Shown piece after piece: positions 10,484 to 20,080 of a stretch of 64,000 nt of DNA. The notes beneath the pieces were generated by a model. That model was given only the letters and a program-made list of their open reading frames with translations. It had not been told where the DNA came from and did not search any database. The position numbers and the translations under genes are program-made. This DNA is from an uncultured Verrucomicrobiae bacterium (lineage in GTDB: Bacteria; Verrucomicrobiota; Verrucomicrobiia; Chthoniobacterales; JAFAMB01), in contig CAWEXO010000008.1 in assembly GCA_963813025.1 (NCBI GenBank), positions 192,001-256,000 on the forward strand, written 5' to 3'. The stretch's first letter is position 1. The number at the start of each line of letters is the position of its first letter.

Positions 10484-10636
10484 ATGGGTACTATTCTTAT
10501 CATTATTCTGATCTTGCTAGTGATCGGCGCCCTCCCGAGCTGGCCTTACAGCTCGGGGTGGGGCTATTATCCGACCGGCGGCCTAGGCATAATTCTCCTC
10601 ATTGTCCTCATTCTTGTCTTGATGCACCGAGCATAA
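10484..10636 (+). CDS. DUF3309 family small membrane protein (50 aa, not in ORF track)
   Basis: Own translation: MGTILIIILILLVIGALPSWPYSSGWGYYPTGGLGIILLIVLILVLMHRA. Confidence 0.9.
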   Translation: MGTILIIILILLVIGALPSWPYSSGWGYYPTGGLGIILLIVLILVLMHRA

Positions 10637-10679
10637 CTATTCAGTATCGTTCAATCTTAAACCCCGGCACTTTACTCCT

Positions 10680-10823
10680 ATGCTTTGGACGATCGTTGTT
10701 ATTCTCGTTGTTCTCTGGCTGCTCGGTTTTGCCACTCATGTGGCCGGCGGCTTAATTCATCTACTTCTGGTTATCGCGATCATAATCGTCATTGTCCGGC
10801 TCCTCCGAGGCGGTGCGGCGTGA
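10680..10823 (+). CDS. lmo0937 family (DUF5670) small membrane protein (47 aa, not in ORF track)
   Basis: Own translation: MLWTIVVILVVLWLLGFATHVAGGLIHLLLVIAIIIVIVRLLRGGAA. Confidence 0.88.
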   Translation: MLWTIVVILVVLWLLGFATHVAGGLIHLLLVIAIIIVIVRLLRGGAA

Positions 10824-10856
10824 CGGTCGGCAGGGCGGGACTTGTCGGGCTCCCAA

Positions 10857-11300
10857 TCAGCTCTGGTTCTCCCGGTCGAGGAGTTTTTTCATGCGATCGC
10901 TCAAGTAAACGTTTCCCGCCAGTAATTCCCGAATCGCCACGAAGATTTTGTCGACAGCGTCCTGTTTCGTGAGGTAACCCCGCGCTCCGGCCTGTAACGC
11001 TCGGCTCGCAAAGTACGCTTCATCATAGATTGAGAGGATCAGGATCGGCAGGCCGGGCACTATCTGCGACAACCGTGGAATCAGGTCCAGACCACTCTCG
11101 TTTTTCAGCGAAATGTCAACGACGGCGAGCTCCGGTTCCGTGCTTTCAGCGCTCGTCAGAGCATCCGAGATGTTGGCCGCTTCTCCGCAAACCGACAGAT
11201 CAGGTGTTTGATTGATCAACTGCGCTATTCCCTGTCGCAGAACCGGGTGATCATCAACAATCAGGATCCGATGCTTCACCGCTTCGTTAGACGAACTCAT
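10857..11300 (-). CDS. NarL-type receiver-only response regulator
   Basis: ILIVDDH, VVDISL, GYLTK; ends at YLSDRMKKLL... with no HTH. Confidence 0.85.
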   Translation of the reverse strand: MSSSNEAVKHRILIVDDHPVLRQGIAQLINQTPDLSVCGEAANISDALTSAESTEPELAVVDISLKNESGLDLIPRLSQIVPGLPILILSIYDEAYFASRALQAGARGYLTKQDAVDKIFVAIRELLAGNVYLSDRMKKLLDRENQS

Positions 11301-11500
11301 GTCAACACAAGAATCGACAACCTCTCTGCCAATCATCTGTTGAAAAAATCTGGGGTTTGTCCCGCCAAGCCACGCACTTTCTTTTGCGGAGCTGCGCCGG
11401 TAAAATCGAGCAGGACCTAGTGTGCCGCTTCTACCGCCGACCTACCCACCCTAGGTATTCGCGGGAGCATGGGTCTATGGACTTTGGGAGCTTCTCAACT

Positions 11501-14500
11501 TTAGAAGCTGCCCGAATCTTCTTTCTCTGCCGGCAACGTGACTGTGATAGTGGTGCCGCCCGATCCTGACTCGATCCGCAGATTTCCCCTGATCGCGTCG
11601 GCGCGATACCGCATGATTTGCAGACCCATACCGCCGGTCTCGCTTCCGCGCCGAGGAATGTTTTCCATACCCTTGCCGTCGTCATGGATGGCTAAAAGGG
11701 TGGTGCCCGTCTCGCGTTCAAATCGATAATCGATCGCAAGATGAGTCGCTTTTCCGTGCTTCAGGGCATTGTTAATTGCTTCCTGGGCGATTCGATAGAG
11801 ATGAGTGGCCTCCTGCTTATCTTTCGGTTCCCGGAACGGCTCAAAGGCGTGAAACGCGCAAGCAATTTTAAACAGGTTTTCCACATTGCTGGTCATGGTT
11901 TGCATCGCTGTCTTGAAATTGGCCGGCTCGAGCTGCATTGGATGCAGACCGTGGGCGAGATCATGCATAATCCCGATCGCCTTGTTGACCTGTAACAGGA
12001 GCGTTTTTCCATCTTCAGCCAGCCCCGGTGTTTCCTGCGGTTTGATGCGGTTGATCAAACCTTGAGCAAGGAACCCAACCGCGGTAAGCTGTTGGCCTAG
12101 CCCGTCGTGCAGATCTTGGGCTATTCTTTGTTGTTCCCGGTCGCTGATGGTCAGGATCTCGCGCTCGATCTGCCGCCGCTCCGTGATATCCTCCAACGTG
12201 AGCAGCACAAACGCCTTTTCTTCGTCGTCCGAGGCAATCTGGCGGGCCCTCAGGAGCAGCCTCTTTCGTCCAACCGTCGCGAACTGGCGCTCGACCGGGT
12301 AGCGATCTAGCCGACTTCCCCGCTCCAAGACCTCGACGAGCAGGTTCTGAAGGTGCTCATCTGCCCACTCGCGACCGCCAATTGTGGCCAACGGTTTCCC
12401 CACGATAGCAGACGGTGTGAGCTGAAAAACCTCGTAAAAACCCGGGCTCGCGCTGCGGATCAGCAAACCGCCCTCCAGCACAAGAAGAGGCTCGGTCATC
12501 CCGGCCACAATCGCTTCCGCGAAATCGCGCGACCCTTTGAGTTCTTCCAGGCTCTTCCGCAAAGGATCAATATCGATCACGGTTATCACCGCACCATCGA
12601 GCTTATTATCAGGCGTGAGATAGGGCCGGATACTCAGTCGATACCAGCGGCCCTCCTGATCGCGTACATCCTGTTCCTTCGAGCCGACATTCGACAGGAC
12701 ATCTTCGACCATTTCTATGAGGTCGCTCGTCTTGAGGTTGGTTTTGATATCACTAAATGGCCGTCCCGCATCGGAGGGAATCAGGTTAAACAGCCGGGCC
12801 GCCGTCGAGGTGAACCGACGAATCCGGCAATCCGCGCCCACCATGACAATGGCTAAGTTGACAGAATCTAACAGGTTGCTGAGATCGTTGTTCGCCAAGG
12901 CAAGCTCGAGATTGCCATTCTGGAGTTCCTCGTTAACCGTGATCAATTCCTCGTTGCTGCTCTGCAGCTCCTCTTTCGCTGTCTCTAGTTCTTCGTTGGT
13001 GGATTGCAGCTCTTCGTTGCTGGAAAGGATTTCTTCGTTGGCACTACGGATTTCCTCGTTGCTGTCATCCTGCTCCTCAACAATATTCTGGAGATATTGG
13101 CGGGTGGCAATCAGCTCGTGACGAAGCCGCTCAAGTTCTCCGCGCTCGTTTGTTTTGCCTTGCGTAGCCCGAGTGCGCTTACCCTCGGCTCTCACGACCG
13201 TTTCTTCCGCTTGGCGTTCCGGCGCTTCCCGCAATACAACCAAAAAATATTGTAGCTCACCCGGCGCCTGCCTGAAGGGAGTCACTTCCAGGTCAACACC
13301 AATGGTCCGGTTCTCGTCCGAGTAATAAACATTTTTTTGTAAACCACTTCCCTGTCGTCGTGCCGCCAAAACCGCCGCCCGGACATGGAGGGCCAATCCT
13401 TCTTTGAGAATTTTATGCAGATTGAGGGATGCCTTGCCTTCGGCCGGTTGCACGAACTCGTGCCTGTGCCCAAAGAAATGAAGAACGTCCAGATCCTGCG
13501 TAACCAGCATTCCAGGGGGCACATAACGTTGCGCTAAAAGCCGGCTCGCTTCGCGCTCCAGATCGATTAAACTTTGCTCTTCTTCGCCCTCAGATCGAGC
13601 TGCCCTGGCGCTCCAGGAAATACCCTCGGGTATGCTCAACTGCGGGAATTTCATCTCCGCGAGAAGACCTGTCGACAGCCGAAGACGGCTAGTGTTGTTC
13701 TGGCGGACAAAGACCTTCACTTTCTTATCCAGTGGAGTAAACAGATCAGTGAACTCCCCAACTGATTCCGAGTGGCCCAGGATCAAGTATCCGCCCGGAC
13801 GTAGCGCGTAATGGAAAGTGGGGAAGACTTTTCTTTGCAGGTTAGGACCAAGATAGATCAACACGTTTCGACAACTGATCATGTCAAGCGGGGAAAAAGG
13901 CGGATCTTTAGCGAGGTTTTGCCGAGCAAAAACTACCATTTCCCGGATCGGTTTGCTGATCTTGTAGCTTTTTCCCGTCCTAACAAAAAAACGCCGCAGC
14001 CGTTCCGACGATACGTCAAGCGCGATGTTCTCGATGTAAGTGCCCTCTCGCGCTCGATCGAGAGCGATTTCACTTAGATCGGTCGCAAAAATTTGCACCG
14101 GAAAATCACCGCGCCGTCTCCCAAGATATTCCGCCAGGACAATTGCGATGGAATACGGCTCTTCCCCTGTCGAACAGCCAGGAACCCAGATGCGCACCAG
14201 CTCGCTCTTGCCCCGGCCCCGGAACACTTCCGGAAAAACGTGTTTTCGAAGAAATTGAAACATCGCGGGATCACGGAAAAAACTGGTGACGTTTATAAGA
14301 ATATCGTGGTGAAGCGCCAGAATTTCCGGCTGATTGTTCTGCAGAACCCGCGCATAATCGACCGTGCTATCGATTCGGAGAAGCGCCATTCGGCGCTGGA
14401 CTCGGCGCAGTACAGTTGCAGGTTTGTAAAGGCTGAAGTCAACGCCCAGCGCATTGCGAAGGATTGTCAGGATCCGTCGGAGATGTCGCGCGCCACCCGC

Positions 14501-15334
14501 GGCCGAATCGGCCGGCGTCCCCTGCGGCCTCACCCTCGGCTCCGGTGCTGCGGGCCGCTTTGCGCCCACTTCGCGGTCGCCTTCGGCTGCGTTTGTTCGA
14601 ATGTACGGATGACCATCGATACGCGACAATTCTTTAGCGATCTGCGCCGGCGAGAGAACAAGATCGACGCAGCCGGTCGCCATGGCAGCGGCCGGCATAT
14701 CGGGATGCTTCGTCGAGGAAGGCTCCTGGACTAAGACGATTCCACCTTCCGCCTTGATCGCCTCAACCCCTAAAGCGCCGTCGGTGTTTCCGCCCGAGAG
14801 AATGATAGCTACGGCGCGGTTTCGGCGTTCAACGGCTAGACTTCGCAAAAAGATGTCAATCGGCATGTGCTGACCACGGTGTAAGGTGCGTTGCGCCAGC
14901 CGAAGTGCACCCCCTTCAAACGTCATATTCCGGTTGGGCGGAATGACATAGAATTTGTTTGGTTCCACCGTAGTACCTTCCGTTGCCTGAGCGACGGGCA
15001 ACTTCGATTTTCGTCCAAGCACTTCGCTGAGGAGACTTTGGTGGTTTGGGTCCAGATGCTGCACAAGCACAAACGCCATGCCAATGCGCTCCGGCAAATG
15101 CTCCAGTAGTTCAAACAAAGCCTCCAAACCTCCGGCGGAAGCGCCGATCCCAACCACAACTAACCCATCGCTCTTCGAACTGGTTTTCGGTTTTTCCGCA
15201 CTTTTTACGGGCTGCCCCTTTCCAGCCCCGCGTTTACGCGTTTTCCCGCGCTTCTCAATGTCAGACGTCTTTCTCTTGCCGGCTCCGGCCGATGCACCGA
15301 ACCGTGGCTTGCTGTTTTTCCTCGCCATGACCAA
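11501..15334 (-). CDS. CheB methylesterase-CheR methyltransferase-coiled coil-PAS-HisKA_3 histidine kinase fusion
   Basis: GASAGG/VQH/DG triad, INVTSFFRD, GCSTGEEPYS, SCRNVLIY, NEELQS heptads, IAQDLHDGLGQ, QEAINNALKH, DDGKG, GMGL. Confidence 0.93.
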   Translation of the reverse strand: MVMARKNSKPRFGASAGAGKRKTSDIEKRGKTRKRGAGKGQPVKSAEKPKTSSKSDGLVVVGIGASAGGLEALFELLEHLPERIGMAFVLVQHLDPNHQSLLSEVLGRKSKLPVAQATEGTTVEPNKFYVIPPNRNMTFEGGALRLAQRTLHRGQHMPIDIFLRSLAVERRNRAVAIILSGGNTDGALGVEAIKAEGGIVLVQEPSSTKHPDMPAAAMATGCVDLVLSPAQIAKELSRIDGHPYIRTNAAEGDREVGAKRPAAPEPRVRPQGTPADSAAGGARHLRRILTILRNALGVDFSLYKPATVLRRVQRRMALLRIDSTVDYARVLQNNQPEILALHHDILINVTSFFRDPAMFQFLRKHVFPEVFRGRGKSELVRIWVPGCSTGEEPYSIAIVLAEYLGRRRGDFPVQIFATDLSEIALDRAREGTYIENIALDVSSERLRRFFVRTGKSYKISKPIREMVVFARQNLAKDPPFSPLDMISCRNVLIYLGPNLQRKVFPTFHYALRPGGYLILGHSESVGEFTDLFTPLDKKVKVFVRQNNTSRLRLSTGLLAEMKFPQLSIPEGISWSARAARSEGEEEQSLIDLEREASRLLAQRYVPPGMLVTQDLDVLHFFGHRHEFVQPAEGKASLNLHKILKEGLALHVRAAVLAARRQGSGLQKNVYYSDENRTIGVDLEVTPFRQAPGELQYFLVVLREAPERQAEETVVRAEGKRTRATQGKTNERGELERLRHELIATRQYLQNIVEEQDDSNEEIRSANEEILSSNEELQSTNEELETAKEELQSSNEELITVNEELQNGNLELALANNDLSNLLDSVNLAIVMVGADCRIRRFTSTAARLFNLIPSDAGRPFSDIKTNLKTSDLIEMVEDVLSNVGSKEQDVRDQEGRWYRLSIRPYLTPDNKLDGAVITVIDIDPLRKSLEELKGSRDFAEAIVAGMTEPLLVLEGGLLIRSASPGFYEVFQLTPSAIVGKPLATIGGREWADEHLQNLLVEVLERGSRLDRYPVERQFATVGRKRLLLRARQIASDDEEKAFVLLTLEDITERRQIEREILTISDREQQRIAQDLHDGLGQQLTAVGFLAQGLINRIKPQETPGLAEDGKTLLLQVNKAIGIMHDLAHGLHPMQLEPANFKTAMQTMTSNVENLFKIACAFHAFEPFREPKDKQEATHLYRIAQEAINNALKHGKATHLAIDYRFERETGTTLLAIHDDGKGMENIPRRGSETGGMGLQIMRYRADAIRGNLRIESGSGGTTITVTLPAEKEDSGSF

Positions 15335-15427
15335 CCTTTACCTTCCGCTCCGTACCTGCCGGGCACAAGCGCTGTTTCGCTCTTGGGCGCGTCGGAGTTT
15401 AGGCGCGCAAAGCTTGGAGAACTGCCG

Positions 15428-15613
15428 CGCTCCGCGCGGTCCGAAAGCGGCGACAAGTCGCGCCCACTCCAAAAAGTACGGGTTTGCTGACCTCCGATGT
15501 CTCTCATTTGAGAAAACTATTGGCAAATCGGCGCACTTTTTAGTGACATCTCCTTTCAGACAGCGGGTCTTGGAGTGCGCGCCACTTGTCGCCGCTTTCA
15601 GACCACGCGGAGT
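15428..15613. repeat. REP-like family A inverted doublet
   Basis: TCCGCGCGGTCCGAAAGCGGCGACAAGTCGCGCCCACTCCAA (about 15431-15472) is the near reverse complement of TTGGAGTGCGCGCCACTTGTCGCCGCTTTCAGACCACGCGGA (about 15570-15611). Confidence 0.8.
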
Positions 15614-16030
15614 GCGGCCAGGCAAAGAGAGTGGCTGGGACCCCGACAGACCCCGCTATTGAGGCTCGAGATTCGTCACGCTTGGTCGACGACTGGGCCT
15701 GCAGAGAACCCGATAAAAACGGATTTTTCGCAAACGCCGTCGCTCTGCTCTACGCAATAGTTCGCCGATCAGCAAAGGGTGATCGAAGAGTGTTCGCACG
15801 GTGTTCGCGTTCTAACATGCTTTATTACACTGTGCTCGCCCTTCCGAAAATCAGGCAAGAGCCTGACCGAAACGTCATCCGCACTCCGGGAATCCGCCCT
15901 TTTATTTTCTGAGCTTGCGCTCCCAGTAAAGGACCGGATAGATCGTTGTTCGGTGCACGCCCAGGGAGGGCCCAGCAACGCACATTGTTTTATGGATCTC
16001 ATTTGGCTTACACGCTCGGACGGTCGCTTA

Positions 16031-17116
16031 ATGTCCTCCGGCTTTTTGCTCTGTGCGGCTCTCTCCGGATTTTTCCTGTTCTCTGCCCGCGCGGGCTCTC
16101 CCGACGACACGGACGTGCTGGACGGCAAAACCCAAGTTCCGCGACCGCAAGTCGAAGCGACCGTTAGCTCGCCAGGTCGGATAACGGCCATCGAGGAAAA
16201 TCCTACCTTCGCTGTCGAGGGCAAGGATCGGCACTACACCAACGGCGCCAAACTGGCTTACACGACCGGCCAACTCTCGGACACAAGCTTTTGGAGTCAG
16301 CCCATCAAGCTCTTTAGTGGGTTTCTCTTCAACCGGCCAACCGCCTCAACCGACAACCGGCTCGAATGGACAATCCTGAGCCAAAGCATCTTTACACCAG
16401 AAGACCACCGGCGCCGGATACCGGACCCGAACGACCGACCCTTCGCGGCTTGGCTGCATGGTGGATTCACCTTTATCCAAAACACGGACGACCGTCAGCT
16501 AACCTCATTGGATCTGCAGGTCGGCGTGGTCGGGCCTTGGGCTCTGGGCCGGCAAATCCAGAATGGCGTTCACAGCATTTTTGGCGAAAATTTGGTGCGC
16601 GGATGGAGTTACCAGATCCACAACGAGCCGGGCATCACGATTTCCTGGGATCGGCGATGGCGTTTCAACCATGAACTTCAAGGAAACTATTCGTGGGAGA
16701 TAATCCCAGACGTTGGCGCCACAGTGGGCAACGTCTTCACCTACGCCAACGTCGGCGCGCTCGCCCGCATCGGTCGGGGGTTAAAGGCAAACTGGGGCCC
16801 CGACACGATCCAACCCGGGATCGGCAATACCTCGTATTTCTCCGCCGAACGTTCCGGGACTAACTGGGGTTACGATCTCTATGCCGGAGTCCAGGGACGG
16901 GCCGTCGCTCTGAACATTTTTTTAGATGGCAACAATTTCAAGGACAGCCGAAGCGTGGCCAAAATACCGGGAGTAGCCGATGGCAGTGTCGGCATCGAGT
17001 TCTTTTATCGAGACCTTTTGAAGTTTGGTTTCACTCTTACAGTACGCACCCCTGAGTTTTATCGACAACGCGGACCCGACCAGTTCGGCGGATTCAACCT
17101 CTTGGTCGGGTTCTGA
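16031..17116 (+). CDS. lpxR: Lipid A 3'-O-deacylase LpxR family outer-membrane protein (DUF2219)
   Basis: DRHYTNG, QSIFTP, DRPFAAWL, GVVGP, C-terminal Phe; start uncertain (15992 or 16031). Confidence 0.8.
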   Translation: MSSGFLLCAALSGFFLFSARAGSPDDTDVLDGKTQVPRPQVEATVSSPGRITAIEENPTFAVEGKDRHYTNGAKLAYTTGQLSDTSFWSQPIKLFSGFLFNRPTASTDNRLEWTILSQSIFTPEDHRRRIPDPNDRPFAAWLHGGFTFIQNTDDRQLTSLDLQVGVVGPWALGRQIQNGVHSIFGENLVRGWSYQIHNEPGITISWDRRWRFNHELQGNYSWEIIPDVGATVGNVFTYANVGALARIGRGLKANWGPDTIQPGIGNTSYFSAERSGTNWGYDLYAGVQGRAVALNIFLDGNNFKDSRSVAKIPGVADGSVGIEFFYRDLLKFGFTLTVRTPEFYRQRGPDQFGGFNLLVGF

Positions 17117-17117
17117 G

Positions 17118-17264
17118 GAGTGTAAGTGCCAGTGTCAGGCCAGTGCCTCGTAAGGCGATTTTAGGATGCCGGTCTTGCCGCGAGGGATAAGCTTTCCAGC
17201 CCTGTGGACTCCCGGAGCGGCAAGGATGCCGATCCTGCTAACACTGACACTAGCACTAGCACTG
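17118..17264. repeat. Hexamer-type tandem repeats in inverted arrangement
   Basis: AGTGTA-AGTGCC-AGTGTC faces ACACTG-ACACTA-GCACTA-GCACTG between convergent genes. Confidence 0.5.
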
Positions 17265-17269
17265 GAAGC

Positions 17270-17518
17270 CTATGGCCTTACAACCTTAATCTCCAGCGTG
17301 CCCCCGTCTTTCAGGCCGGGATCATCGTCGAAATACACGTGCAAGAGTCGATCGACACGCGTCAACCCGATCACCTTGGTCTCGGTGTCAATCGTCCAGG
17401 TCTCCTCGGGGAGGTGGTGGGTTTCCTCGGGCAACTCCAAAATGACGGTGTACGTCTGATCACTTTTCTGTTTAACCACATTCACGATCTTGGCCGAAAT
17501 GGTGTCCACAGAGATCAT
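17270..17518 (-). CDS. Small hypothetical beta-rich protein
   Basis: 82-aa ORF MISVDTISAKIV... downstream of and co-oriented with cbpM. Confidence 0.5.
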   Translation of the reverse strand: MISVDTISAKIVNVVKQKSDQTYTVILELPEETHHLPEETWTIDTETKVIGLTRVDRLLHVYFDDDPGLKDGGTLEIKVVRP

Positions 17519-17568
17519 GCTTAGCAGAATTCTCAGTCCATGCCGGAGAATTCTGTTAAGCATCATCT

Positions 17569-17904
17569 CTAGCGCCTTAAGAACCTGACCTCTGCGCGCA
17601 ACTGCTCGATCTCGCGCATCAGACCAAGCAGCACTTTCAATCCCGCCAGATTCATCCCGAAATCCTCGCGCATCCATTCGATCTGGCGAATGGTTCGAAT
17701 TGCTTCCTCGTCGAAGTACCAGCCGCTCTGTTCCGGATTGGAAATCGGCGTGATCAGCCCGTGTTTGCAATAGAGGGCGACAGATCGGCGGGACACTCGG
17801 CCAAGATAAGCCGCGATTTCGATCGAATACCGCGCCGAGGTCATCTGCTCGGCCAATCCGAGGGCCCGAGTAGACCGTTGCGGTGGCGCATCATCGTTCT
17901 CCAC
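17569..17904 (-). CDS. cbpM: Chaperone modulator CbpM (MerR-like HTH)
   Basis: YCKHGLI, WMREDFGMNLAGL; directly downstream of the DnaJ-class gene. Confidence 0.8.
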   Translation of the reverse strand: MENDDAPPQRSTRALGLAEQMTSARYSIEIAAYLGRVSRRSVALYCKHGLITPISNPEQSGWYFDEEAIRTIRQIEWMREDFGMNLAGLKVLLGLMREIEQLRAEVRFLRR

Positions 17905-17910
17905 GTTTGC

Positions 17911-18897
17911 TTAGCGTTCCTCTCTTGGATTGAAATGCGACTTGCTTCTCAGTTGTTCCCACAAGGTCCGTTCCTCAGTGGTTAACTTGGTTGGTACGTT
18001 AATCTTCACTTCGAGATAAAGATCGCCGCGATTACCGGACCGGTCGCGGGGAAGTCCTTGACCACGTAACCGCAAGCGACCTCCCGTTCCGGTGCCCGGT
18101 GGAACCCGAACTGTGAGCCGGCCGTTGAGCGTTGGTACAGTCACGCTGGCGCCAAGCGTCGCCTCCCAAGGAGCAACCTCCAGATCCGCGAAGAGATCTG
18201 AGCCCTGTACCCGAAAATCCGGATGAGCCGCGATCCGCACACGCAAATAGATATCTCCCGGCGGGCCACCTCCGAGGCCAGGTTGGCCCTTCCCGGGCAC
18301 TCGGATGCGTTGACCATCTTGAATTCCAATCGGAATCCGCACCCGAAGTGTCTCGGTCTCGGCCTGCCCCGTCCGCGGATTGACTCGTTCCAACGTAATC
18401 AGGCGGGTGGATCCATGGAAAACCTCGTCCAAGGTAACCAGCAGCTCACCTTCGATATCTTGTCCGGGGGCCTGGAAGCGCTCTCCGAATCTCTCACCGC
18501 TCGCTTGGCCACGACGGCCGCGCGACGCTCCGCGCTCAAATCCATTGAATCCGCCGCCAAAAAATTGCTCAAAAAAATCACTGAACCCAGTCGATCCACC
18601 AAAATGGAACTCGTATTGTCCCTCACCGGACCCGGCCGGCTGCGAACCTCGGCCTGTCCGCATCTCGTTTTGCCAATCAGGGCCAAGCTGATCGTACTTC
18701 CGCTTTTTCTGCGGATCGCTTAGGACCTCGTAAGCTTCATTGATCTCTTTGAATCGCTCCTCGCCGGCCTTCTTATCCTTCGCCACATCCGGATGATATT
18801 GGCGGGCCAGCTTGCGAAACGCTTTCTTAATATCTTCTTCGCTTGCCTGCCGCGGAACACCCAGGATTTCGTAATAGTCCTTGAATTCTACCGCCAC
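17911..18897 (-). CDS. cbpA: DnaJ-class curved DNA-binding co-chaperone CbpA
   Basis: J domain with HPD, G/F region, DnaJ C-terminal domain, no Zn finger; VAPWEATLG. Confidence 0.9.
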   Translation of the reverse strand: MAVEFKDYYEILGVPRQASEEDIKKAFRKLARQYHPDVAKDKKAGEERFKEINEAYEVLSDPQKKRKYDQLGPDWQNEMRTGRGSQPAGSGEGQYEFHFGGSTGFSDFFEQFFGGGFNGFERGASRGRRGQASGERFGERFQAPGQDIEGELLVTLDEVFHGSTRLITLERVNPRTGQAETETLRVRIPIGIQDGQRIRVPGKGQPGLGGGPPGDIYLRVRIAAHPDFRVQGSDLFADLEVAPWEATLGASVTVPTLNGRLTVRVPPGTGTGGRLRLRGQGLPRDRSGNRGDLYLEVKINVPTKLTTEERTLWEQLRSKSHFNPREER

Positions 18898-18976
18898 GCG
18901 CAACGATGGACGTTCCAGATTGAACGTTCAATAGCCAAGTGGCGATGATAGGAGGGAGAATTTAGAATCCTCGTAT

Positions 18977-20008
18977 TCAGCTCTCCAACTGGAGCAAATT
19001 CGCGCCCACCTGCTGGATCTGATCAAACCGGCATTGCTTGGGCGCCTTTTCCGGACGCCAGCGCAGCAGGCGTGTCCCGTGCCGGAATCGACCTTCACTA
19101 AAATGATCGTAGGAAACCTCGACTACCAGCCTGGGTGCCAGCGGTTTCCAGTCACCGGATCTTTCCGTGGCCCACCGACTTGGCCCACCCGGCGCTCTGC
19201 CGGTAAAACCGGGCGCTTTGCTTAGTTTTTCCAATTTTTTGGTGAGCGCCGGCCGGTCGGCTGCAGCGACGCTCGAAGTGAACCCGACGTGGTGCAGCAG
19301 ACCGCTATCATCGTATAGACCGAGTAACAAGGACCCGACGTAAGGCTGCTTAGATCCATACCGGAAGCCGCCAACGACACAATCAGCGGTCCGATAGTTC
19401 TTGATTTTCTGCATCTGGCCGCGTTCACCGGTTTCGTATGAAGCGTCCGTACGTTTTGCCACTATTCCATCTAACCCGGATCCGACTAGCTCGATCCATT
19501 GATGCACACGGCCAATATCAGAAGTGCAAGGTGACACGCGAATTCCCCCAGCGTTCTTCAGATATTTCCCCACAAAGCGATCGAGCGCGACCCTTCGTCC
19601 GCTCAACGGGTGATCAACCAGGTGGATGTCCCCGGGGACGACCAGAAGATCAAATGCCACGAAAACGGCTGGCGTTTCCAACGCTAGTTTTCGAATGCGG
19701 GAGGCGGCCGGATGAATTCTTTGCAATAGCGCCTCGAAAGATAAGGTATTCTCGACTGGAATCGTGATCTCGCCATCGAGAATAAAGTCGTCAGCAGTCA
19801 AGCGCTCAGTCGCCTCAACCAGCTCCGGGAAATAACGGGTTAACGGTTTTCCCGCCTTCGATTGTAGATAAATCTGCCCGTCATCCTTGAAAATCAGACA
19901 GCGAAACCCATCCCACTTGGGTTCGTACTGCCAACCATCACCCTCCGGAATCTGATCAACCGAGTGCGCCTCCATCGGCTCAATCGGAGGGTGGAGAGAC
20001 AGAGGCAT
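18977..20008 (-). CDS. ATP-dependent DNA ligase (LigC-like)
   Basis: YEPKWDGFR adenylation motif, LDGE, FDLL, GGPSRW, RFRHG. Confidence 0.9.
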   Translation of the reverse strand: MPLSLHPPIEPMEAHSVDQIPEGDGWQYEPKWDGFRCLIFKDDGQIYLQSKAGKPLTRYFPELVEATERLTADDFILDGEITIPVENTLSFEALLQRIHPAASRIRKLALETPAVFVAFDLLVVPGDIHLVDHPLSGRRVALDRFVGKYLKNAGGIRVSPCTSDIGRVHQWIELVGSGLDGIVAKRTDASYETGERGQMQKIKNYRTADCVVGGFRYGSKQPYVGSLLLGLYDDSGLLHHVGFTSSVAAADRPALTKKLEKLSKAPGFTGRAPGGPSRWATERSGDWKPLAPRLVVEVSYDHFSEGRFRHGTRLLRWRPEKAPKQCRFDQIQQVGANLLQLES

Positions 20009-20080
20009 AAGATGGCTTTCGTCACAATATTGCACCGCCCGGCTATTTTACACGTGCACGGAAGCAAGCCGATCTAGTGC

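Noticed and set aside
12930..13080. DNA tandem repeat in the kinase gene
   Set aside because: It is the normal NEELQS heptad coiled coil of CheB-CheR fusion proteins.
15614..15990. Riboswitch or ncRNA upstream of lpxR
   Set aside because: No recognisable conserved RNA motif by eye; an Rfam/Infernal scan would be needed.
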